Assembly (NCBI GenBank): GCA_963708075.1
Contig: OY970194.1
Span: 1,536,001-1,600,000, forward strand
Reading direction: 5' to 3'
Length of the DNA stretch: 64,000 nt
Source of the DNA: Sedimentisphaerales bacterium
Lineage (GTDB): Bacteria; Planctomycetota; Phycisphaerae; Sedimentisphaerales; Anaerobacaceae
The position numbers were made by a program, and so were the translations under genes. This document shows positions 55,722 to 64,000 of this stretch, piece by piece; the stretch's first letter is position 1; the number at the start of each line of letters is the position of its first letter. Below the pieces are notes generated by a model. That model saw only the letters and a list, made by a program, of their open reading frames with translations. It did not search any database and was not told the origin of the DNA.

Positions 55722-56396
55722 ATGGAAGAATCGTTAAAGCACTTTCTCGAGCGAACGACGCCGCTGGGGGCTCTTGCCAGAATCCACAGAGAAAGGCAGC
55801 TAAGAAAGAAACTGCGACAGTGGCAGCAGGATGGCGCCGTTGGGCCCATGCCCAATTTGGGCAAGCAGCAGGTCGTTCGGTCCTACGCAAAGCAGTTTTC
55901 GCCGCCAGTCTTCATCGAGACGGGGACCTACAAGGGCAAAATGGTGTATGCCTTGATGCCCTATGTGACGGAGATTTACTCGATCGAGCTCGATCCGACG
56001 CATTACGAGAACGCCCGAAAGAGATTTGCGGGGTACGCGAACATTCACCTTTTCCAGGGCCAAAGCGGGGAAATCCTTCCGGAGGTTCTGAAGGGGATTC
56101 GAAAGCCCTGCCTGTTCTGGCTCGACGCCCATTGGTCCGGCGGCTCGACCGCCCGAGGGGATCTGGAGACGCCGATCATGCGGGAAATTGCGTGTGTACT
56201 GAATCATCCATTGTCGGCGCAGCACGTGATCCTCATTGATGACGCCCGCTGCTTCACCGGTCAGAACGACTATCCGCCGTTGAAAACGGTCGAGCAGTGC
56301 ATTCGTGCCGTCCATCCCGACTGGGTGTTCGAAGTCCGGGATGACATCATCAGGACCCATGCCCGTCAGTCGTCGGCGAATCAGGCGGGAGGCTAA
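55722..56396 (+). CDS. Methyltransferase-like conserved protein
   Basis: FIETGTYKG, SIEL, FWLDAHWSG and ILIDDAR motifs. Confidence 0.75.
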   Translation: MEESLKHFLERTTPLGALARIHRERQLRKKLRQWQQDGAVGPMPNLGKQQVVRSYAKQFSPPVFIETGTYKGKMVYALMPYVTEIYSIELDPTHYENARKRFAGYANIHLFQGQSGEILPEVLKGIRKPCLFWLDAHWSGGSTARGDLETPIMREIACVLNHPLSAQHVILIDDARCFTGQNDYPPLKTVEQCIRAVHPDWVFEVRDDIIRTHARQSSANQAGG

Positions 56397-56399
56397 AGA

Positions 56400-56750
56400 C
56401 GTTGAGCACAGCGTGCGACGCCAATTGGGAGGTCATACACGCCGGACAGATCGACGAAGACGAACGTGATCTCTGTCGGCACAAGGTATTTCCCACGCTT
56501 CGGGATTGACGACGACTCCGTCGAGGCTATGATGACGGACGAGTCGCTGGTCACGTACATCTCCTGCGGGTATGATGGCACTGTTTTCCTTCGCGGCCGC
56601 GGCATAATGCCGTGGCAAGGGATTCGGTATAAGGAATCGCGGGTGCAGCAGTTGCCGCGATGGGCTCGGAAGATCGTGGGAGATCGGAATGTGTTCCGGC
56701 ATCGGGCAGGAAGATGGTTCGGGAAGTTGCGCAACAAGAGAATCCTCTGA
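56400..56750 (+). pseudogene. Probable C-terminal gene remnant
   Basis: Protein-like frame (YISCGYDGTVFLRG...PWQG...QQLPRW) without a convincing start or RBS. Confidence 0.4.
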
Positions 56751-56885
56751 GCGCACGGCCGGGCGATGAACGTGATCTATTCTGACTCTGAGTGAGAACT
56801 ACGGAATGGTAATTGTTGAGCCACGAATGTTAGCTGCACGTGACGATTGCCGACACCATGCTGGTGAGTCGAGGTAACGGACGGC

Positions 56886-58307
56886 ATGCAATTCAATTCC
56901 CTCGTGTTCATTGTCTTTGCCGCTGCATTCTTCGCCATATGGCCGGCGGTTCGCACGCGTCGCAATTCGCGTTGGATTGCGATGGTTATCGCCTCTTTTG
57001 TGTTCTACGGCTGGTGGGACTGGCGGTTCCTGTTCCTCATCACGGCCAGCGGCCTGATCGACTTCTTTGCCAGTCTGGGAATTGAGCGATTCCCCCGGCA
57101 CAAGCGGTTGATCCTGGTAGTCTCGATGCTCGGGAACGTAGGTTCCCTGGCCGTCTTCAAGTACCTGGATTTCGCGATCGGCACTCTCAACGGATCGATG
57201 CGGCTTCTGGGCGTGGATGTGCAGTTGCCGATGGCACACTTGATCCTGCCGGTCGGTATCAGCTTCTACACGTTCCAGTCGATGAGCTATACGATCGACG
57301 TCTACCGCGGCGAGTTGCGGGCAACGCGAAATGTCTTTCATTTCTTCGCTTACCTGTCCCTCTTCCCCCAGTTGGTGGCCGGACCGATCATTCGGGCCCG
57401 GGACCTGCTGCCTCAACTGGAATCAGCCGGACCAGTGATGGAGCTTCAGCGATGGGAGGGTCTCAAGCTCATCGTCTTCGGGTATTTCAAGAAGGTCGTC
57501 ATCGCAGATACCCTGGCGACCGCGGTGAATGCCGCTTTCGCTGCGCCGAGCCCGGCGGATTCAGCGTGCTACTGGTGGATCATCATGGTCATGTTCGCTT
57601 TCCAGATCTTCTGTGATTTCAGCGGATACAGCGATATTGCCCGTGGACTGGCCAAGTGGATGGGCTACGAGTTTCCTGTCAACTTCAACGATCCGTACAC
57701 GGCCTCCAGCTTCCGGGAGTTCTGGCAAAGGTGGCACATATCCCTGTCGACCTGGTTTCGCGATTATGTATATATCCCGCTGGGGGGATCACGCCGCGGC
57801 AAGAGGCGGGCTGTTGTGGCCTTGTGGCTGACCATGCTCATCTCCGGCCTCTGGCACGGAGCCGCCTGGACGTTCGTTCTCTGGGGCGCCCTGCACGCCT
57901 TCTATCTTTCGCTGGAACGTCTGACCGATTGGCCCCGCAAGTTGGCCAGATTGCCCGCGGGCCGACATCTTGCGCCTTTGGCGGTCTTCGCGCTGACGGT
58001 CGTCGCCTGGGTGTTGTTCCGCGCCCGGACATTCGATCAGGCCATCGCCGTCTTCGCCAGGATGTTCAACCCGGCCGGCTTCGATTACGCACTGGCGCAC
58101 AAACTCATCGACAACAATGCCATAAACGTTCTGCTGATCATGATCGGTCACCAGGTGGCGGTGCATCTCGGCAGGACGACGGAGCTTCGATGGCCGGAAC
58201 GATCCAGAGCCGGCGCTCTGCTCGAGCCCGTTGCCATCGCCGTGGTGATCGTAATCTGTGTGTTTATGCGAGCGCCGAGCAATACATTCATCTATTTCCA
58301 GTTTTGA
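56886..58307 (+). CDS. MBOAT O-acyltransferase (AlgI/DltB-like)
   Basis: LPVGISFYTFQ, FPQLVAGPI, DFSGYSD, FWQRWHISLS, SGLWHGA and FIYFQF motifs. Confidence 0.96.
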   Translation: MQFNSLVFIVFAAAFFAIWPAVRTRRNSRWIAMVIASFVFYGWWDWRFLFLITASGLIDFFASLGIERFPRHKRLILVVSMLGNVGSLAVFKYLDFAIGTLNGSMRLLGVDVQLPMAHLILPVGISFYTFQSMSYTIDVYRGELRATRNVFHFFAYLSLFPQLVAGPIIRARDLLPQLESAGPVMELQRWEGLKLIVFGYFKKVVIADTLATAVNAAFAAPSPADSACYWWIIMVMFAFQIFCDFSGYSDIARGLAKWMGYEFPVNFNDPYTASSFREFWQRWHISLSTWFRDYVYIPLGGSRRGKRRAVVALWLTMLISGLWHGAAWTFVLWGALHAFYLSLERLTDWPRKLARLPAGRHLAPLAVFALTVVAWVLFRARTFDQAIAVFARMFNPAGFDYALAHKLIDNNAINVLLIMIGHQVAVHLGRTTELRWPERSRAGALLEPVAIAVVIVICVFMRAPSNTFIYFQF

Positions 58308-58318
58308 GCCGAGCACGC

Positions 58319-59290
58319 ATGATCGATATCGATGCCAAAGACTGTACAATCCGACGCGCCTGTGCCGGGCTCATGGGGGACCGTACCCTCAGAACTCTGA
58401 GCCTGGCCTTGATACTCATTGTGGCAATGGGCTCGCTGCGCCCCGACAAGCCGCGTGGAGTCTATCCGAAGCGGTACTGGGCCGAGAAGATATCCTGGCA
58501 TCACTGCGCCGACATTGTCGTGGCGGGCGACTCTCGCGTCCTGGGAGGCGTCTCACCTGCGGAGATGCGCAACATGCTCACACACTGCCGTATCCTCAAC
58601 TACGGGTTCGCCAGCAACCTCTACGTTCCTGAGTACCTTGAGGCCGTCGAACAGGTTCTGGACCCTGACAGCAGCGTCAAAGTCATTCTTCTTGGGATTA
58701 CTCCTCGTTCCCTGACCGCGGACCCGGATGTAACATATCAGTTCTCCACGCTGAAAGGGACGTCCAGGAGGCAGTTGTATATGGATATGTGCCTGGCGCC
58801 GCTGTTGAGCTTTCTGGAGTACATGTCGTTTCGCGACGCTCTCCAGGGACTCATCCCCTCGTTGGATCAGACTCGGACCCGAAGGGAGCTCTTTGCCGAT
58901 GGCTGGTTGTCATACAGTCGTCAACCGCCGGGGGAGAAGAAGGAGTTGAAAACCTACTACCGGATCTATCAGAAGAACCGGGTGTCGCCGGAAATGGTGG
59001 AGGTTCTGAACCGCTTCGTGTCTCGATGGACGCAGACAGGAATCCGTGTTTATGGGTTTGTGATGCCCACTTGCCGCGAGATGGTGGAACTGGAGGAGCA
59101 TTACAGCGGATTCGATCATCGCCAGTTCGTGGACGGTTTTGAGGAAGCCGGGGGCATTTGGATCGATACGGATCCGGACGAATATGAGAGCTTTGATGGC
59201 TCGCATCTCCAGAGCCATGCGGCCCTGCGGTTCTCCCAGGATCTCGCACAGCGCCTGTACGCGCTCGAACGGGACAAGTTGAACGAATGA
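58319..59290 (+). CDS. SGNH-like membrane-anchored protein
   Basis: N-terminal TM, VAGDSR and FDGSHL motifs; directly after the MBOAT gene. Confidence 0.7.
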   Translation: MIDIDAKDCTIRRACAGLMGDRTLRTLSLALILIVAMGSLRPDKPRGVYPKRYWAEKISWHHCADIVVAGDSRVLGGVSPAEMRNMLTHCRILNYGFASNLYVPEYLEAVEQVLDPDSSVKVILLGITPRSLTADPDVTYQFSTLKGTSRRQLYMDMCLAPLLSFLEYMSFRDALQGLIPSLDQTRTRRELFADGWLSYSRQPPGEKKELKTYYRIYQKNRVSPEMVEVLNRFVSRWTQTGIRVYGFVMPTCREMVELEEHYSGFDHRQFVDGFEEAGGIWIDTDPDEYESFDGSHLQSHAALRFSQDLAQRLYALERDKLNE

Positions 59291-59327
59291 TGGTGCCCTG
59301 ATTCCTGTTGGGCAAGAGAGGGACAAC

Positions 59328-60489
59328 GTGAGACACGCCAAGGATACCGGTCGGAAACTGCTCATGATGGTCGTGTCCGTCCTCATGACGCTTGTCGTAC
59401 TCGAACTGGTGGCGCGCTTCTGGATAGGCTACCTGGCGGGAGACAAGCAGTTCCTGAAATACGCTTCGCTGAAAGAACTTCACAAGCGGCCCCACCTGAA
59501 GCCGCGGTATATGCCCCACAGGTACCTGGGTCACTCCCTCACATCCAACTACGTCAAGGGTGCGAATCGGCATAATTCCCTGGGCTACAGGTCGGACGAA
59601 ATCGTCCTACCCAAGCCGGAGGGGGAATTCCGTATCGTCTGTATGGGCGGTTCGACGACATACACTACGGAGGTGGAAGATTACCGGTTGTCCTACCCGA
59701 GCCTCCTCGAGAAAGAACTGCGGGCGCTCGGCTACGCGAACGTGACGGTCATCAACGCCGGCGTAGGATCCTGGACGAGCTGGGAGTCCCTGATCAATTT
59801 CGAGCTGCGCGTCCTGGATTTGGACCCGGACATGGTCATCATTTATGATGGCGTCAACGACCTTCTGACGAGGTTCGTTTGGCCGCCCGAGGCTTACCGC
59901 GGCGACAATTCCGGGGCGGTTTCGCCTCCGGCCATGTCGATGCCGAGCATCCTGGAGTACAGCGCGCTGATGAGGTACGTCCTGGTGCGAGCGGGTCTCG
60001 TGCGAACCGCATTCCTCCATGGACAGGTATCTGGCGGCGCCCCCGCCGACATACTACGCCGCCGAATTCAACGCGCAGAAGGTCAACGGAACGTATCCGG
60101 ACGGCATCTTCAAGAAGGTAAGCGCCGAGGAGATGCTGAAGGTCAACAAGCCCGTCTACTTCCGGCGGAACCTCGAGAATCTCGCCATCATCGCGAACCA
60201 TAGAGAGATACAGACGGTTCTTGCGACGTTCGCGTTTTCGCCTCTGTTTGAGGACCGGCCCATCGTGGCCTCGCCGGAGTGTGTTGCCGCTCTGGAGGAG
60301 ATGAACAGGACGCTGAAGTCCATTGCGGAGGAGTTCCATGTCCACCTGTTCGATTTCGCGAGCCTGTTTCCCACCGATAAACGCTACTACGTCGATGGCG
60401 TTCATGTGAACGTGGAGGGAGCGCGGCTGAAGGCCAGGCTGTTTGCCGAATATATCCACAACAGCCGGTTGATTCCCACACCCCAATAG
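59328..60489 (+). CDS. SGNH/GDSL hydrolase (frameshift at ~60005)
   Basis: CMGGSTT, INAG, GVND and VDGVH motifs split over two ORFs. Confidence 0.85.
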
Positions 60490-60503
60490 TCTATCCTGCG
60501 ATC

Positions 60504-61533
60504 ATGTGTAGACCGAAACGGATTCTTGTCATCTATGACATGAACAACAATTCGATCAAGATGTTCTGCCAGATCCACAAGCTGATCAAAGGGCTGGTGC
60601 GTCTTGGGAACGACACGCTCGTCTTCAACTACGCCGGCGCCTTGCAGCAGTTGAGCATCCTCAAGAGCAAGTCGATTTCGGAGCTTCTCTACAAACACCG
60701 AGTGGATGAGATGCTGGCCGCCCAGGCGGCGGACTACGAGCCCGATATCGTACTTGTCACGTTTGCCCGCGTGCTGGATGCCGACAGCCTGCGGGCCGTG
60801 CGTCACGCCGTCCCGAACGCAGTATTTCTGGGATTCGACGACGATCCCTGGCCTAGGCTCCAGAGGAACCGGATCGAGACGGCTCGGGCACTCGATATCG
60901 TGGCGGCGACCAATGATGGGCCGTGGTTAGGCGACTATCGTGACGCCGGCGTGCCTCTGTGTGCCTTTCTGCCGAATGTTTGCGATCCGAGTGTCGAATA
61001 TCGATACGATGTGTCCGACGAATGGAAAAGCGACATGCTGTGGATCGGCAAGCTGTCTCACAGCGCGGACGCCAGTGAGAACCTTCCGCGAAGAGTTGGT
61101 TCACAGGCTCACCCTGCGTGACAAGGTCTCGTTTCATGGATGCTGCGGGAAACCCACGATCGGCGGGATGCGATTTCTATACGCGGTAAGCGGTGCCCGC
61201 ATCGGCGTCAGCATCAACGCGTACGAGCCATCCGTCCAATTCGCACATTCGGACCGGCTCATACGCTTCCTCGCGGGCGGTACGATGGTCTTGTGCAGGA
61301 GATTTGCCGGCGCCGACCTGCTGTTCAAGGAAGGTGAACACATCCGCTACTTCGACCAGATCGATGAGTTCTTTGAGCTGGCCGATTGGTACCTTGCTCA
61401 CGAGCAGGAACGCAGGAAGATCGCCGGCGCCGGAATGGAAAGAGTTCACACCGAGTTCAACTGCCAGAGAATCGCGGGTTATCTGCTTGATTTGGTCGAG
61501 ACGGGCAAGTACACTGCCCCTTGGAATGCGTGA
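60504..61533 (+). CDS. Glycosyltransferase, CgeB-like GT-B (frameshift at ~61080)
   Basis: SDRLIRFLAGG and ERRKIAGAG C-terminal motifs; two ORFs join at GAGAACC. Confidence 0.8.
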
Positions 61534-61586
61534 TAGCCGTGGATTATCGGGCGTTCCGCCGGTCCTTTGTGGAGGTTTATAGCCAG

Positions 61587-62318
61587 GTGGGAGACGTCAA
61601 CCAGCGGATCTTCGTGGAGAGGCTCGCCTCGCGTCTACAGGGTCCTTTTCTCGAGGTCGGCTCCCGAAACTACGGAAATACACAGGACCTGCGGAGCCTG
61701 TTCGGACCGGATTGTGAGTACCTCGGCGTGGATCTGGAGGGCGGCCCGGGCGTCGACGTTGCGATAGACCTGGCGGAGGACTTTGCGAGCATCGACGAGG
61801 GACTCCGCGGACGGCGATTCGGAACGATCTTCTGCCTGAGCGTGCTGGAGCACTGTGATCGCCCCTTCGAGATGGCTGATAACCTGACTCGTCTGCTCAA
61901 GCCGGGGGGCTGGCTGTGTATCGCGGCCCCTTTCGCATGGCGGATCCACGACTATCCGAATGACCTCTGGCGGTTCACCCCCGACGGCATTCGGACACTC
62001 TTTCCGCTCATCGAGTTCCAGCCGGAGCAGTGCCTGTCTGCCACAACCCGGCCCGGCGAGTTTGCACCGATAGATGACGATCTCGGCAAGGTGTTCTTCA
62101 GCTTCAACCGGCACCGCAGAAACGGGCACCCGATGCGTGGCGTTTCGGCGGAATTCCTCCGGCTGCTATCAAGAGTCGGTCTGCTGCGATGGCTGGTGGG
62201 GCACCGGCACGTCTTCACGCCGACGACCATTCTCATGGCCGGGCAACGGCGAGGTCTTGCTGAAGTCGATTCCGGGTCCGAGGGCGGCGAAGCAGGATCC
62301 GGCCGGGACATCTCCTGA
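61587..62318 (+). CDS. Class I SAM-dependent methyltransferase
   Basis: LEVGS, GVD, SVLEH, LKPGG and HDYPNDLWRF motifs; GGAGGT RBS before the GTG start. Confidence 0.88.
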   Translation: MGDVNQRIFVERLASRLQGPFLEVGSRNYGNTQDLRSLFGPDCEYLGVDLEGGPGVDVAIDLAEDFASIDEGLRGRRFGTIFCLSVLEHCDRPFEMADNLTRLLKPGGWLCIAAPFAWRIHDYPNDLWRFTPDGIRTLFPLIEFQPEQCLSATTRPGEFAPIDDDLGKVFFSFNRHRRNGHPMRGVSAEFLRLLSRVGLLRWLVGHRHVFTPTTILMAGQRRGLAEVDSGSEGGEAGSGRDIS

Positions 62319-62329
62319 GGCTGTGACAG

Positions 62330-63337
62330 ATGAATCTGCTGGTCATCACGAATAATCCGCAGAACGCGAGCTTCCGGCAGCGGATCGAACAATATCTGCC
62401 CGCATGGAAGAGAGAGGGCCTCGATTGCGAGATCGCGCGTCTGCCTCGGACGACTTTCGCTCGCTGGCCGCTGTTCGCGCATGCCGGAGAGTTCGACGGC
62501 GTTCTTCTGCACAAAAAGACGATGAGTCCCTGGGACGCCTTCTTCCTGCGTCGCTCCAGCCGATGGATTGCGTACGATTTCGATGATGCTGTTATGTACA
62601 AACCCGAGGCGCCGGCCCGGAACGACCGCCGCCGCTTTCTCGCATTTCGCCGCACCGTCCGGCTTGCAGATCTGGTGATCGCCGGCAACGCATATCTGGC
62701 CGAGCATGCCTGTGCACACAATCCCAATGTACAGATTATTCCGACCGGTCTGGACACGAAGGCTTACACGGGGCAGGCCCGGCCTGAACCGGATGGGATG
62801 ATCCGACTTGTCTGGATCGGCGGCAAGGCGACCTTACCCTATCTCCGGCAGATCAGCCCCGCGCTGGAGCAGATAGGCGCTCGCTTTCCAAACGTCACGC
62901 TCAGGATTGTCTGCGACACCTTCTTCGAGCTGCGGCATCTGCCGGTGGAGCCGCGGCGGTGGTCCCTGCACGAGCAGATCGCGGACCTCGTCTCCAGCGA
63001 TATCGGGCTGGCCCCCCTGCCGGACAATCGATATACGCGGGGCAAGTGCGGCTTCAAGATTCTCCAGTATGCCGCCGCGGGCCTGCCCAGCGTGGCGTCG
63101 CCTGTTGGCATCAACGCACAATACGTGCAACATGGAGTCACGGGCTTCCACGCGACAAACATCTCCGAGTGGATCGGCATGATGACTCACCTCATTCAAG
63201 ACGAACAACTCAGAGCGAGAATGGGGCAGGCCGCCAGGGCAAGCGCAAACGACTTTGATTCAGGCAACGTGGGGGGCCGGCTTGCGGCCATCCTGAAGGA
63301 GCACATGACCGTCCGCGATGCATCCGCCGGACGTTGA
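62330..63337 (+). CDS. GT4 glycosyltransferase
   Basis: YDFDDA, WIG and GKCGFKILQYAAAGLPSVASPVG motifs. Confidence 0.9.
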   Translation: MNLLVITNNPQNASFRQRIEQYLPAWKREGLDCEIARLPRTTFARWPLFAHAGEFDGVLLHKKTMSPWDAFFLRRSSRWIAYDFDDAVMYKPEAPARNDRRRFLAFRRTVRLADLVIAGNAYLAEHACAHNPNVQIIPTGLDTKAYTGQARPEPDGMIRLVWIGGKATLPYLRQISPALEQIGARFPNVTLRIVCDTFFELRHLPVEPRRWSLHEQIADLVSSDIGLAPLPDNRYTRGKCGFKILQYAAAGLPSVASPVGINAQYVQHGVTGFHATNISEWIGMMTHLIQDEQLRARMGQAARASANDFDSGNVGGRLAAILKEHMTVRDASAGR

Positions 63338-63403
63338 CGCTCGGGATCACGGGCTCATACGTCGAAGTGACAAATGGGCCGTGTCACATACCCCATGGAA
63401 CCT

Positions 63404-64000
63404 CTACTCCTCATCGGAAGCGCCATCAGAGGGGGTATTCTTGAGTTTACGTTCGACCATTTCCTCGATGACGATGTCGGGGTGTTCCTGGTCCACCAAT
63501 AACTCGAGGGATTGTGCCTCGGGAGGGATCGAGGTGAAGGCACTGCGGCAGAAGCACTCGCCCAGGTTTTCCCGCAGACTGCCTCGCACGGCAAACGAAT
63601 CGTGGAACATCACGAGCCGATGCTTTCCGTTCGTGTTCTCCATGGCGACCAGGTCTTCCGGCACAACATTTCGGCTCGATGCGTATTGCGGGGGGATCGT
63701 CAACTGCATGTGCATGGCTGCGCGCGGCGTCCTCGGGACCCAGACCTCGGCGTCTCGCGCCAGCTCTTCGCCCAGGCCCAGCATCATGCTGAGGTCGGTT
63801 GCCTCCTTGCCGACGGCAAGATCAAAACGGTCGCTCGACAGAGGCTGGAAATCAGCGAACCACCCAGTCAGCCGCTTGCAGATCTCCTGGTAAGCAATGA
63901 ATGCTCCGCGGTCCGTCCAGTGAGAATCCAAGGGGTGGTATATGAGTCCTGAGGTCTTGGCCTGCAACAGAGCGGGACGCAAGTCGATGAAATCCACGGT
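63404..64000 (-). CDS. AlgJ/AlgX-like O-acetyltransferase (partial, C-terminal part)
   Basis: DSHWTDRGA, HDSF and PDIVIEEMVER motifs; runs off the window edge. Confidence 0.82.
   Translation of the reverse strand, partial: TVDFIDLRPALLQAKTSGLIYHPLDSHWTDRGAFIAYQEICKRLTGWFADFQPLSSDRFDLAVGKEATDLSMMLGLGEELARDAEVWVPRTPRAAMHMQLTIPPQYASSRNVVPEDLVAMENTNGKHRLVMFHDSFAVRGSLRENLGECFCRSAFTSIPPEAQSLELLVDQEHPDIVIEEMVERKLKNTPSDGASDEE

Overview
GC-rich bacterial chromosomal window. Gene content (prepilin-type/H-X9-DG-like protein, LamG and GLUG secreted proteins, PilX-like gene, heptamer hairpins) suggests a Planctomycetota/Phycisphaerae-like organism; this is inference. It carries housekeeping genes (uvrB-nadC-birA, lpdA-lipB-lipA, carB, lon, icd, DJ-1), a TRAP transporter, a GH29 fucosidase, large secreted proteins, one complete ISAs1 element, many REP-like and heptamer repeats, and a ~22 kb LPS/surface-glycan locus (lpxK, hldE, gmhA, gmhB, waaF, B12 radical SAM, kinase, glycosyltransferases, MBOAT and SGNH proteins). 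About nine genes are split by single-base frameshifts. Six of these are repaired by removing one A from the same motif (GAGAACC to GAGACC), which points to a methylation-linked sequencing artefact. Best leads: (1) a 75-codon ORF missing from the ORF track, with an in-frame TGA (candidate small selenoprotein, 25099-25326); (2) an uncharacterised gene whose tail holds seven copies of a frame-independent 17-bp motif interleaved with REP halves; (3) a solo HEPN-motif gene; (4) a cobalamin radical SAM enzyme embedded in the LPS inner-core operon. No CRISPR array, tRNA or rRNA was recognised.
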